A DNA stretch of 64,000 bases from the IMG/VR virus record IMGVR_UViG_3300027687_000005; one strand, given 5' to 3'. The stretch is from an uncultured virus (IMG/VR IMGVR_UViG_3300027687_000005) (taxonomy: Duplodnaviria > Heunggongvirae > Uroviricota > Caudoviricetes). The notes beneath the pieces are model-generated. The model did not search any database and was not told the origin of the DNA. It worked only from the letters and a program-made list of their open reading frames with translations. The translations under genes and the position numbers were made by a program. How positions within the stretch are numbered: position 1 is the stretch's first letter; each line of letters starts with the position of its first letter. This document shows positions 26,252-36,523 of the stretch, in pieces.

Positions 26252-28045
26252 ATGGCTAGACCAGCAATTGGTAATCCCTTCGATGGGCAAATTGGGACGG
26301 TAGCACCTACAGCATCTCCCGTAGATATTTACCAGCGTGGCGTAGTGCAGCGTAGTCCTTTTGTGGCTTTAGCAAATACCCTGTCACGCTTAGAGCAGAA
26401 GGCTACCCCCGCTATACAAGCTGCTGAAGCACGAGCTGCTGAAGCAGAATATGCAGCGGGTGTAGAACTATATAACACTAACCGGGTAGCAATGGGTCAG
26501 GCTGTAAAAGATGGCATCATTCAAGAGGGTGAAAGTCCGTACCTCCGTAAGGGGTATAGAATTTCTCACTTAAATACGATGGCAGCTAGGTACACTGATG
26601 AACTACAGAATGCTCTGGTAGCTAAGAAGTTGTATAAGAACGGCGACCCTAAAGCTATCGAAGACTTTACTGATAAGTTCTACGAGGAATTCCAATCTTC
26701 AAATGGCATCGATGGTTATCGTGACGTTGAGGTAGCTGAGTTCTTCTCAGGAGCAGCTGCAAAGGCTAACGAGACTTTCAGGTCAGCTTGGAAAGAGAAA
26801 AACATAGCGTACCAAAAAGAAGCCAACTACAACGCTTGGTCTATGGAAGTTAGTGCCTATACCGATACTCTCTTTTTACCCGGCGATACCGAGGAAGTCC
26901 GTCAGAAGAAGCAAGGACAACTTGCTGTATGGTTAAGTCAGAAGGTCAAAGAAGCTGACCTCGATGGCATGAGCCGAGCAAAGATTAACGAGACAGTAAT
27001 CAACAGCGTAATTCTTACAGCCTATGAAAAGAATGACCTAAGTGTTCTCGATGTTCTCGATGGGGTTGTCACAGGTACAGGCGTCCTTGGAAGAGGACCA
27101 GCAGCCCGAGAAGCTGTATATAAAGCTAGAGGCGATATCGCTACAAGCATTGCTGCGGCTGAAAAGGCTCAGAACGATGCAAGGAAAGAGTCTCAGAAGG
27201 TAACAATAGCGGCATCGTCCGGTGAGATAATTATGGCTGCGCTAGCAGATCGAGGTTCACCGGATGATGCAGTAGCTCAACAGGCCCAACAGATCATAAC
27301 TAAGCATCTTAACGAATTAGGCGTACTCGCTAGAAATGGCGTGGCTGGTGCAAGCGCACAGCTAATTTCTATGACCAATTTCATAGACGCACAGCAAAAA
27401 GCTGAAGAAGAAGAACGAAACCCCGCAACTCCTAACGAACTCTTTGAACTGCAGATGGATGTGATGAGGGAGACAGACCCTGTTATGGTCTTTAATATGT
27501 TAGCCGTAGCTAGGCGTAATGGGAAGATTCAGGGTAAAGAGATGGCTCCACTTCTAGCTCAGTGGAAATCAATAGTTGGTGCAAATCCAGAAAACCAATT
27601 AGCCGTTTATGACCCCTCTAGTATCGCCTCAAAAGAGCGAGACAATTTTATAACATCTCTCGGGTACGCTACAGAGTTTGGAGTATCTACTGGTGAGAAC
27701 CGTATCAGAACATCATTAGCGATTGATACCTATAATATGGAATATCTAAAGGCTTCTTCAGCTTTAAAGGCTGAGTTAGGTCGTGTCTTGGAACCTCTGG
27801 AACAGATGAGGGTAGCTCAAGAAGTTAGACAAAGAATATATCCCACATTGGTAGAGTTAGAGACATTAGCTTCGGCTGAAGGCTTACTCGAAGAGAACCA
27901 AGTTGTAATACAAGAGACCGAGCGACAAGAGCGAGAAGACGCAGCTACGCGGGTCCTCTTAGTCCAACAAGCGACTGCCCAAGGTTTAACCCCTGAAGAA
28001 ATAGCCCTCATGTCAAATGATGACCTAAGCCTCGCGCTAGAATAA
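26252..28045 (+). CDS. internal virion protein (gp15-like)
   Basis: Size and synteny. Confidence 0.7.
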   Translation: MARPAIGNPFDGQIGTVAPTASPVDIYQRGVVQRSPFVALANTLSRLEQKATPAIQAAEARAAEAEYAAGVELYNTNRVAMGQAVKDGIIQEGESPYLRKGYRISHLNTMAARYTDELQNALVAKKLYKNGDPKAIEDFTDKFYEEFQSSNGIDGYRDVEVAEFFSGAAAKANETFRSAWKEKNIAYQKEANYNAWSMEVSAYTDTLFLPGDTEEVRQKKQGQLAVWLSQKVKEADLDGMSRAKINETVINSVILTAYEKNDLSVLDVLDGVVTGTGVLGRGPAAREAVYKARGDIATSIAAAEKAQNDARKESQKVTIAASSGEIIMAALADRGSPDDAVAQQAQQIITKHLNELGVLARNGVAGASAQLISMTNFIDAQQKAEEEERNPATPNELFELQMDVMRETDPVMVFNMLAVARRNGKIQGKEMAPLLAQWKSIVGANPENQLAVYDPSSIASKERDNFITSLGYATEFGVSTGENRIRTSLAIDTYNMEYLKASSALKAELGRVLEPLEQMRVAQEVRQRIYPTLVELETLASAEGLLEENQVVIQETERQEREDAATRVLLVQQATAQGLTPEEIALMSNDDLSLALE

Positions 28046-28055
28046 GGAGCCGAAA

Positions 28056-31000
28056 ATGGCTGAGAATAATCCCGTCGATCAGATGCTGTCTGCATTCGGC
28101 GTCCAAGAGAATACTATGAATGCAGCCTCAGAGCTGGCCGGGATGATGTCAAAGATTAACACTCCCGCCGCTGCTCCTGTGGTCCCCGCAGCTACTGCAG
28201 AAACTGCTCCTACTGCAATCCTACAGACACAAGAAGAACTAGATCGAGCCAAGGCCCTTATCTCAAAGAACCCAGAAACTATGGGTCCTATGATTGATAA
28301 GAAGTACGGCCCCGGTGCAGCCCTCTCAATTATGCAAAATAAGTATGTACTACCTGCAGAACCTGAAGAGAAAGAAGGTGGCTTTATTCAGGGGGCGAAG
28401 GACGTATTCTCAGGGGTAGTTCGCGGCTCTTTAGGAGCTGGTGCGGAGCTTCGACAGACTTATGAAAACTTTGGTTCTATCAATGAAGCTCAATTTAGAG
28501 AGATGGTGGATGCCAAGGCGCTTGAAATTGAAACATCTCGCGGCACACCACTCACAAGTGCGGAGCGTAGTGAGCTTGAATTAAAAGAGAGCATGGCATT
28601 CCGCAATACTTGGAGCCTCAAGAACCCTTTCATGAATGCAAAGATTGGGGACCCTGATGATTTACCAGATTATAGTGCCGATACGGCCCTCGGCAACCTA
28701 GCTACTGTCGGAGTTCTCGGTAAAACTATTGACTTGCGAGATGAACTGGCTGCCCCAGATACCATTAAAGGTAGTCTGGCTGAAGGACTATCACAGTTTC
28801 TTACAGGTTATGTAGCACTTGGTGGCGGTGGTGCAGGTATCGTCCGTGGTATTGCGATTGGCGCGGCAGTAGACGCCACTATGTTTGATCCTTTAGATGC
28901 AAACTTATCTACTTGGATGGACTCTTCGGAAAACGAATGGGTTAAGAAGTTTGTCCCTCAAGCTCTAGTCAAGAATGCAGATGATACTGAGTGGGAAGCT
29001 CGAATGAAATCCTCTATTGAGGGCGGCATTCTGGGTGGTCTAATTGAATTTCCCATAGCAATGGTGAAATTTGCTCGGGCAACTAAGAAGGCGAAAACAG
29101 AGGTAGCGACTAACGGATCAGTTAGTTCGGATACCCTAGCGGAACTTGAAGAGATTGAGGCAACTATCCAAAGCTTCGACGATCTAGCAGCTGACGGTAA
29201 GCCTAGAGGCGCTATGACACCTGACGGGATGTTCACCACTCCTGAAGGTATGAAGTTTGACCCTAACAATGCTGGTACTCGCCGCTTTGACTTAGAGACT
29301 AAAGTTGACACTGCAGTAGACCAAGCACAGCCGGGAGCGTTAGACACTCCTGAAGTTGGTACGTCCCCTGATTTGGATACGACGCCACCATCGCGGGTAA
29401 ACCTAGCAGATGAACTTCAACCAGATGCCCCAAAGGCTCCAACTGTTGAGACTTCTGACATACCTGTAGCAAGTGCAGCCGATGCCCCGGTTAAGGTTGT
29501 AAAGCCTAAGAAGGTCCCTAGTGCTGTTGTCGGGGACGCTAAATTGTTTAAGGCAGCTCTACGAGGCACTACTAAAACTAACGAGATTGTGCCACTCAGC
29601 GCGCTCGATCTTGAGGGTAACGATATTGGCCTGTTTAACTGGGACAATATGGATGGTCCACAGGACGCCATGAAAGTCATGGACTCTACTCAGCAGGCCT
29701 TATCAGACGCTGGTGTCCTCAAAGCTAATGGCTTAGAGACAAAACAGACCCTGCAAACAGTGTACGACGAATCTGTAGAAGAGGTAGCTGACTTGGTAGG
29801 GGCAAATCCCGATACGGTTAGAGCAACATTCTTAACTGCAGAGAAGGTTACCCGAGATAGCGCACGGCGCATTGTGTCCGGTAAGATGATACTACAATCT
29901 ACAGGTCGTAGGATTTCTGAACTGTCTGAGCTTATCACAAGGTCAGCAAAGGCAGGCGACACTAATACCGCAGTTGAGCGACAACTTATTAATCTAATGA
30001 CATTACATGCAGATATTCAATTATCTGTAAAAGGAATTCAGACTGCTGCAGCTAGAGCTGTAGGTGCAGGCCGTATCAGGACTGCAGATGCTTTAGGTGA
30101 TGATGCTCTAGATGCGTTGATGCAATTTGGTGGTTCTAAACAAGTACAGAAACTCGCCAAGAAAATAGCTTCAGCTGATGGCAATAGAGCAGCTCAAGCT
30201 AAGATGATTAGGAAGGCTAGTGAGAACAAGTTCTGGGGTGTTATTAACGAAGTGTGGCTGAACGCCATTTTATCTGGCCCAAGAACTCACATACTCAACA
30301 TGGGCGCTAACGGATTTAACATGATACTCCGCCCCGGCATTCGTGCAGTAGGTGGTGCTCTTACTGGAAACACTCAGGCTATGGAAGAAGGCGCACGACA
30401 GTATGCCTACTTAGCCAGCGAAATCTTTGAAGGCATTACATACTTAGCCACAATCGGCAGGACCCAAAAGGATAGCTCAATGGCTAACGCCTTCAGGTCC
30501 TTCTACAACGCTGAGAGTATACTAGATACCGCTACAAAGTTTGACCCTGTTAGGGGAAAGCATCGTGCAATATCAGCGGGAAATGGTAACGTATTTGGTA
30601 ACGGACTAGCTAAGGGAACGATAAACCTAGCTGGTAAATTGGCTACAATGTCAAACCGCGCATTAACTGCAGAGGATGAGTTGTTTAAGCAGATGATTTT
30701 CCGTTCTCGTATGAGAGCAATGGTTACATCACAGGCTCATCGTTTGGATGCTAAGGCCTTAAAGGCCCAAGGATACAAAACCAAAAACGATTACATTATT
30801 GGTGAGATGGACAGGGCTATTAACACCAAAGAAGCTCTCGCTGAGAGATGGCAGAAAATGGTTAAGTCAGGTCAGGTTCTAGATGATGCTGCAGCTAAAG
30901 ATATATTCATCAGTAAGCATACAGGCTCCTATAACCACACAAGTGAAATGGCTACTCAAGCACTAGGTGATGCGCGTGAGAGTACGTTTACCACTCCATT

Positions 31001-32258
31001 GAGAAACGGCACGTTCACTAACGACATGCAAAAGCTCATCGCACGTAACCCTTGGATGCGTCAAATTATGCCGTTTGTGCAGACGCCTACCAATATCCTT
31101 CGCACAGCCTTTGAACGCACCCCCGGTCTAAACTTAATAATGAAAAGACAGCGTGAATTGCTAAGGACAGGGACCCCTGATGAGAAGGCAATTATTTATG
31201 GCAACATGGCGGCTGGTGCTGCATTCACTTTTGCAGCTTACCAATTAGCTTCCAATGGTAGGATTACCGGAGGTGGGCCATCTTATAGTAGTGACTCAGA
31301 TAAAGCTAAATTGTGGAACGCTTCACCAGATTGGCAACCATACTCCATGAATATTGGTTCAGTTGAGAAACCCCAGTGGGTTGAGCTGAAAAGATTAGAC
31401 CCACATGGGATGATCTTTGGTATTGTAGGCGACCTGTTTGAGATGGCTGAGTATATGTCCGATGCACCTGACCCAGAGTTAACTGAATTAACTGGTATGG
31501 TAGCAGCCTCATTTGCAAATAACGTAATGTCTAAGACTTATATGATGTCACTCAGTGATACTATGAAGCTGTTTGATGGTTCTGCGTCAGGTAGTAAGTT
31601 TAAGAATTTCTTTGACTACCGATTAGCATCTGCAATCCCATTCTCAAGTCTCTCATACCAAATGAACCAGAACCAGAATGATGTGATGACAGAGCTACGC
31701 ACAACAACAGATCGACTGAAATCCCGTGTGTATGGTATGGATACGTCCACTCCTAAGCACGATTGGTTGACAGGTGAAGCTGTGGACACTCCCGATTATC
31801 TTCTTGGGTTTATCCGTCAGAAGAAACTTGAGACAGCTGGAAACATTACTGCAAAAGTATACGAGGAACTTAGAAACCTTAATCACGCTTTCGTAGGCCC
31901 ACAGAGAAATATTGGCGATATCGAACTAAACTCAGTTCAGTATCAACGATATAACGAATTGGTTGGCTCGGTAGTAGTCAAAGGTGGTCGCACACTATTA
32001 GAGACTCTTAATCATGAGATGGGGTCTAAACGCTATGCGTCTTACACCGCATCTTCAGAGATAAACCAACCCGCTTCCGCAAACGATCCGCGAGTTAAGC
32101 ACCTAAATATCTTCATTCAAGTTGCTAAACAAAAAGCAGAACGTCAGCTATTAAAGGAATTCCCCGATATGGCAGACGCTAAAAATCAGAACACCCGCAA
32201 TAGGAAACTAATGCAGGGCGGTAGAGAAGCCGGGGAACTGATTTTCTCAGTTGATTAA
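28056..32258 (+). CDS. large internal virion protein (gp16-like)
   Basis: 1400 aa with LSGPRTH..N, PFVQTP.N, ITGGGP, WQPYS, RLDP motifs; synteny. Confidence 0.8.
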   Translation: MAENNPVDQMLSAFGVQENTMNAASELAGMMSKINTPAAAPVVPAATAETAPTAILQTQEELDRAKALISKNPETMGPMIDKKYGPGAALSIMQNKYVLPAEPEEKEGGFIQGAKDVFSGVVRGSLGAGAELRQTYENFGSINEAQFREMVDAKALEIETSRGTPLTSAERSELELKESMAFRNTWSLKNPFMNAKIGDPDDLPDYSADTALGNLATVGVLGKTIDLRDELAAPDTIKGSLAEGLSQFLTGYVALGGGGAGIVRGIAIGAAVDATMFDPLDANLSTWMDSSENEWVKKFVPQALVKNADDTEWEARMKSSIEGGILGGLIEFPIAMVKFARATKKAKTEVATNGSVSSDTLAELEEIEATIQSFDDLAADGKPRGAMTPDGMFTTPEGMKFDPNNAGTRRFDLETKVDTAVDQAQPGALDTPEVGTSPDLDTTPPSRVNLADELQPDAPKAPTVETSDIPVASAADAPVKVVKPKKVPSAVVGDAKLFKAALRGTTKTNEIVPLSALDLEGNDIGLFNWDNMDGPQDAMKVMDSTQQALSDAGVLKANGLETKQTLQTVYDESVEEVADLVGANPDTVRATFLTAEKVTRDSARRIVSGKMILQSTGRRISELSELITRSAKAGDTNTAVERQLINLMTLHADIQLSVKGIQTAAARAVGAGRIRTADALGDDALDALMQFGGSKQVQKLAKKIASADGNRAAQAKMIRKASENKFWGVINEVWLNAILSGPRTHILNMGANGFNMILRPGIRAVGGALTGNTQAMEEGARQYAYLASEIFEGITYLATIGRTQKDSSMANAFRSFYNAESILDTATKFDPVRGKHRAISAGNGNVFGNGLAKGTINLAGKLATMSNRALTAEDELFKQMIFRSRMRAMVTSQAHRLDAKALKAQGYKTKNDYIIGEMDRAINTKEALAERWQKMVKSGQVLDDAAAKDIFISKHTGSYNHTSEMATQALGDARESTFTTPLRNGTFTNDMQKLIARNPWMRQIMPFVQTPTNILRTAFERTPGLNLIMKRQRELLRTGTPDEKAIIYGNMAAGAAFTFAAYQLASNGRITGGGPSYSSDSDKAKLWNASPDWQPYSMNIGSVEKPQWVELKRLDPHGMIFGIVGDLFEMAEYMSDAPDPELTELTGMVAASFANNVMSKTYMMSLSDTMKLFDGSASGSKFKNFFDYRLASAIPFSSLSYQMNQNQNDVMTELRTTTDRLKSRVYGMDTSTPKHDWLTGEAVDTPDYLLGFIRQKKLETAGNITAKVYEELRNLNHAFVGPQRNIGDIELNSVQYQRYNELVGSVVVKGGRTLLETLNHEMGSKRYASYTASSEINQPASANDPRVKHLNIFIQVAKQKAERQLLKEFPDMADAKNQNTRNRKLMQGGREAGELIFSVD

Positions 32259-32266
32259 CACCTACA

Positions 32267-32296
32267 GGCCCCTCTTCGGAGGGGTCTCTCCCTTTT
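32267..32296 (+). terminator. hairpin / putative terminator
   Basis: GGCCCCTC-TTCG-GAGGGGTC followed by a pyrimidine run. Confidence 0.55.
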
Positions 32297-32313
32297 AAAT
32301 TCAGGAGATATGG

Positions 32314-35142
32314 ATGTCTTCCATTATTAACTATGTCGCTGACGGATCGACGAACTCGTTTCAAATCCCGTTCACCTACATAAGCCAATCGCATGTGGTA
32401 GTCACCGTAGATGGTGTTAGCGTAACGCCTACTTTCATTAACGATACTCAGCTTAGTGTATCCCCCACACCAGCCGCAGGCCTCATAGTAATCGTAAAGC
32501 GAGTTACGCCTGTAGTAGCACTTGTAGACTTTACAGATGGCTCAACTCTATTTGAGGCTGACCTAGACCTCGCTCACCAGCAGAACAGGTTAATCTCCGA
32601 GGAAAGCCGTGACCGTGCAGATAATGCCATCACGACTTTGAATGCTAATATCACGAACATTAACACAGTAGCTGCTAGCAACACTGCGGTTAATACAGTG
32701 TCCAGCAATATAGCCAGCGTCAATGATGTATCAACCAACATGGCTGAAGTGCTACTTGCTGATACTAATGCTGCTACAGCTACGACTAAAGCTGGAGAGG
32801 CTTCTGCATCTGCTAGCACTGCATCTACTCAGGCTGGCATTTCAACGACTAAAGCTGGTGAGAGTGCTGCAAGTGCTGCAGCTGCCCTAGCTTCTAAGAA
32901 TGCAGCGGCGACTTCTGAAACGAATGCTGCGGGTTCTGCAGGTACTGCAACAACCCAAGCGGGACTTGCAACATCCAACGGTGCTTCTCAGGTTTCTCTG
33001 GCTACGGCTCAGGTTTCACTTGCAACGACTAAAGCCTCGGAAGCTTCTGCAAGTGCCTCTACAGCTACTACACAAGCTGGTATAGCAACAACTCAAGCGT
33101 CTACAGCTACTACACAGGCTGGCATTTCTACAACCCAAGCTGGTATCTCAACTACAAAGGCTTCTGAAGCATCTTCAAGTGCTGCGGCTGCTTTAGGTAG
33201 CCAGAATGCTGCCTCTTCTAGTGCATCTTCTGCTTCTACAAGTGCTGGTACAGCTACTACTCAGGCTGGGATTTCTACGACTAAAGCGGGTGAAGCGGCA
33301 ACATCTGCGTCTAACGCTTCCACATCTGCCTCAACAGCGACAACCCAAGCTGGCATATCAACAACCAAGGCTGGCGAAGCTGCTGCATCTGAGACGGCTG
33401 CGGCTGGGTCTGCGTCCACTGCAACAACCCAAGCTGGTATTGCCACAACCAAAGCTAGTGAATCTGCTGCATCTGCATCAGCTAGTGCAACATCTGCATC
33501 ATCCGCACAGGCATCTAAAGACGCTGCCCTTGCTGCATTAGATTCATTTGACGACAGGTATTTAGGCCAGAAGTCTGCTGACCCAACTGTAGACAATGAC
33601 GGTAACGCTTTAGTAGCTGGAGCTTTGTACTTCAATACGACTGACGATGTCATGAAGGTGTATGAAGGTTCTAGCTGGGTTGCTGCTTATGCTTCCCTGT
33701 CAGGCGCTCTGCTTGCTGCAAACAATCTGTCTGATTTAGCAAGTGCATCTGCTGGTCGTACTAACCTCGGCCTTGGAACTAGCAACAGCCCTACGTTCGC
33801 TGGTCTAACTACAACTGCTGATGTGTCCTTCGGCGACAACGACAAGGCCATCTTCGGTGCTGGGTCTGACCTACAGATTTACCATGATGGTACTCATAGC
33901 CGCATAAATGATACTGGAACAGGGTTTTTAGTTATTGCTGCTAGTCGTTTACAAGTTAACAATGCTGCTAATAATGCAGAGATGATTGTTGCTGTTGAGG
34001 GCGCACAAGTAGAATTGTTTCATAACGCCGCAATGAAATTGAACACCACAGCCACTGGCATTGACGTAACAGGCACAGTGACGGCTGATGGGCTGACTGT
34101 GGATACTACAACCCCCTTTATGTCTTTTAAGGAGTCTGGCGCAACTAAACTTTTTATTGGTGAAAGTAGTGCAGTTGGTGGTGGTGCAGGTTATTATGAT
34201 TTTTATGCTGTTACAGGTTTAGGACAAAGGTTCTTTACAAACTCCTCAGAACGTATGCGTATCGACTCGTCAGGCAATGTTGGCATAAACATGACTGCCC
34301 CTAACTCCGGCCTACATGTAAATGGAAGCATTACAAGTAGTAACTTAGGGCAAGACGCATCAACCTCTAAAGGTCTTTCCTTACAGGGTTACGGAGACAC
34401 TTCTTACATAAACATGAGTGGTGCTGGCAATCTAATCTTCCGTATGGGTTCAACCTTTGCAGAACGTATGCGCGTCGACTCATCGGGCAACCTGCTTGTG
34501 GGTAAGACGAGTGCTGCTTACAATACGGCTGGTTTTCAAATTCAGTCTAATGGTATTGCTGGAGCAACTACTTCCGTTGGTAGGCCTTTCTATGTAAACA
34601 GAAAAAGCACTGATGGTGCACTTTTTGACCTATATAAAGACGGCACATCTGTGGGCAGCTGGATGTCACGGGCTGGTGTTGTTTCGACAATAATACTTGA
34701 CCCTCGTTCTGGTGGTGGCGGTCTCTCTGGTGGCGGTGCAGCATTGTACCCAACCAATAATGTGGGCGCACTTTCTAACGGAGCTTTAACACTTGGTGAT
34801 GCGTCATATAAGTTCAATGACGGCCACTTCTCAGGAACAGTAAACGCAGCTAACTTCAACACCACCTCAGACGCCACACTCAAGACCAACGTAGAGACGC
34901 TCACAGGCTCTCTGGATGCCGTTAAGTCCCTGCGTGGTGTATCATTTGATTGGCTAGAGAATGGCAACTCAGAGGTCGGTGTAATCGCTCAGGAGGTGGA
35001 AGCAGTTCTACCTGATGTAGTCAGCACTAACGCCGAAGGCATTAAGTCAGTGAAGTACGGCAACATGGTCGCTGTTCTCATCGAAGCAATGAAAGAGCAG
35101 CAGCTTCGCATTGAAGCCCTCGAACTTAAACTAGGAGAATAA
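32314..35142 (+). CDS. tail fibre with T7 gp17-like N-terminus and C-terminal S74 intramolecular chaperone
   Basis: [20 protein letters not shown]...DL; Ala/Ser/Thr repeats; [24 protein letters not shown]. Confidence 0.92.
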   Translation: MSSIINYVADGSTNSFQIPFTYISQSHVVVTVDGVSVTPTFINDTQLSVSPTPAAGLIVIVKRVTPVVALVDFTDGSTLFEADLDLAHQQNRLISEESRDRADNAITTLNANITNINTVAASNTAVNTVSSNIASVNDVSTNMAEVLLADTNAATATTKAGEASASASTASTQAGISTTKAGESAASAAAALASKNAAATSETNAAGSAGTATTQAGLATSNGASQVSLATAQVSLATTKASEASASASTATTQAGIATTQASTATTQAGISTTQAGISTTKASEASSSAAAALGSQNAASSSASSASTSAGTATTQAGISTTKAGEAATSASNASTSASTATTQAGISTTKAGEAAASETAAAGSASTATTQAGIATTKASESAASASASATSASSAQASKDAALAALDSFDDRYLGQKSADPTVDNDGNALVAGALYFNTTDDVMKVYEGSSWVAAYASLSGALLAANNLSDLASASAGRTNLGLGTSNSPTFAGLTTTADVSFGDNDKAIFGAGSDLQIYHDGTHSRINDTGTGFLVIAASRLQVNNAANNAEMIVAVEGAQVELFHNAAMKLNTTATGIDVTGTVTADGLTVDTTTPFMSFKESGATKLFIGESSAVGGGAGYYDFYAVTGLGQRFFTNSSERMRIDSSGNVGINMTAPNSGLHVNGSITSSNLGQDASTSKGLSLQGYGDTSYINMSGAGNLIFRMGSTFAERMRVDSSGNLLVGKTSAAYNTAGFQIQSNGIAGATTSVGRPFYVNRKSTDGALFDLYKDGTSVGSWMSRAGVVSTIILDPRSGGGGLSGGGAALYPTNNVGALSNGALTLGDASYKFNDGHFSGTVNAANFNTTSDATLKTNVETLTGSLDAVKSLRGVSFDWLENGNSEVGVIAQEVEAVLPDVVSTNAEGIKSVKYGNMVAVLIEAMKEQQLRIEALELKLGE
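32760..33540 (+). repeat. coding heptad-type repeats ([16 protein letters not shown]) in the fibre shaft
   Basis: Recurrent T.QAGI(S/A)TTKA(G/S)E units. Confidence 0.85.
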
Positions 35143-35144
35143 TT

Positions 35145-35447
35145 ATGGCTGTAACATTTACATGGTCTGTAGCAAACCTTGAGCGCAACACGGCTGACGG
35201 CGGGGTGAAGGTAGTCCACTGGCGCTGCGATGGCGTGGACGGGGAGGCTTCGGCTGGCTCATACGGCACAACCTCATGCAGTCCTGACGCATCTGCATCT
35301 GACTTCATTGCATTTGCTGACTTAACTCAAGCCAACGTGCTTGCTTGGGTCTGGGATACAGTCGTCCGTGCTGACGTTGAAGCAAGCATTACGGATCAGA
35401 TCAACGCTGAGTTGAACCCAACGACTACCGCTGGGCTTCCTTGGTAA
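35145..35447 (+). CDS. tail-associated hypothetical protein
   Basis: RBS AGGAG; WSV..LER..DGGV..VHW..FIAF.DLT pattern common next to fibres. Confidence 0.75.
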   Translation: MAVTFTWSVANLERNTADGGVKVVHWRCDGVDGEASAGSYGTTSCSPDASASDFIAFADLTQANVLAWVWDTVVRADVEASITDQINAELNPTTTAGLPW

Positions 35448-35477
35448 TCTCTACGCTAATAGTGAAGGAACACGAAG

Positions 35478-35870
35478 ATGGCGATTAAAGTAAACGGTAC
35501 TACCGTTATTGATGATAGTAGGAACCTTGTAAATATTGTAAGTGGGGCGGGTGCTAGTACAACCTTCGGTGCTGTTGGGACTTATACATTAGCTGGTGAT
35601 GCTACATACACCGCCAGTATACAAAATGTTTTGGCTGGAGGGACTTTTGCTGGTAGCGGCCTTACACCCATAAGCCTTAGCTCATCAAATTTTACGAATA
35701 TTAATGCTCACAATGATCCAAGTAGCGGAAGTTTCGGTGCTTCTGCTAATGCAACCGTTACGTTATCTGGAACTTGGAGAAAAATGACCCCTACATATAC
35801 AACCCTTTATATGGGCGGCGACACCACTACCAGACCGGGGCCAGTTTCTATCTGCGTAAGGACAGTATAA
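35478..35870 (+). CDS. short tail-fibre-like protein
   Basis: MAIKVNGTTVIDDSRN..GAVGTY..LSGTWR.M. Confidence 0.75.
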   Translation: MAIKVNGTTVIDDSRNLVNIVSGAGASTTFGAVGTYTLAGDATYTASIQNVLAGGTFAGSGLTPISLSSSNFTNINAHNDPSSGSFGASANATVTLSGTWRKMTPTYTTLYMGGDTTTRPGPVSICVRTV

Positions 35871-36286
35871 TGAGTATTACAATCACAGAAGTACGCAACG
35901 CACAGTCACTACAAGCAAACAATGCTCGTATGGACATAGAGATTAACCACCCTGATTACGGATGGATACCGTACACGTTAGACCTTGACGACACCGACAT
36001 GACGGTCAACAACGATGAAGTCATGGCTCTAATCGGTACAGACTTCGCAGCCTACGTTGCACCTACTCAGGCAGAGTTGGACGCATCAGCAGTAGCACAG
36101 GTACGCAGTAAACGTAACAACATCCTAGCGACAGTCGTTGACCCTCTGGTGTCTAACCCACTTCGCTGGGCTGACCTAACGCCTGACAAGCAAGCTGAGT
36201 GGTCACAGTACAGGACTGACCTACTGGGCGTACCACAGCAGGCGGGTTTCCCTAACACAATTACTTGGCCCACTAAACCGGAATGA
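35870..36286 (+). CDS. tail fibre assembly chaperone-like protein
   Basis: HPDYGWIPYT, R.KRN..L, W..YR..L..VPQQ.GFP..I.WP.KP. Confidence 0.8.
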   Translation: MSITITEVRNAQSLQANNARMDIEINHPDYGWIPYTLDLDDTDMTVNNDEVMALIGTDFAAYVAPTQAELDASAVAQVRSKRNNILATVVDPLVSNPLRWADLTPDKQAEWSQYRTDLLGVPQQAGFPNTITWPTKPE

Positions 36287-36510
36287 AAACCATACCTATA
36301 GATAAGCAAGCACACTTCCTAGCAGGGGCAGCAATAGCCTCTACAGTGTGCCTGTACTCTACACCCCTATTAGCCATCGTAGCTTGTGTCGTAGCTGCTG
36401 TAGGTAAGGAACTATATGACGCCACTGGGCGAGGTACACCAGATGTATGGGATGCCGTAGTAACAATCTTAGGTGGTACAGTTGTACTGCCATACATCTT
36501 TTTAAGTTAG
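36283..36510 (+). CDS. small membrane protein
   Basis: DK.AHF.AG, GKELYD, D.WD...T..GG; hydrophobic. Confidence 0.7.
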   Translation: MKTIPIDKQAHFLAGAAIASTVCLYSTPLLAIVACVVAAVGKELYDATGRGTPDVWDAVVTILGGTVVLPYIFLS

Positions 36511-36523
36511 AGGATACTAAACA

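Larger units (their letters stand above)
1..35142 (+). mobile_element. T7-like (Autographiviridae) temperate podophage genome segment; right boundary approximate
   Basis: Canonical T7 gene order on one strand: RNAP, SSB, endo I, amidase, primase-helicase, Pol A, exonuclease, portal, scaffold, capsid, tail tubes A/B, internal proteins, gp17-like fibre. Integrase lies upstream of RNAP. Confidence 0.93.

Noticed and set aside
33206..33653. Alternative-frame and antisense ORFs in the fibre repeat region
   Set aside because: Expected by-products of low-complexity Ala/Ser/Thr codons.
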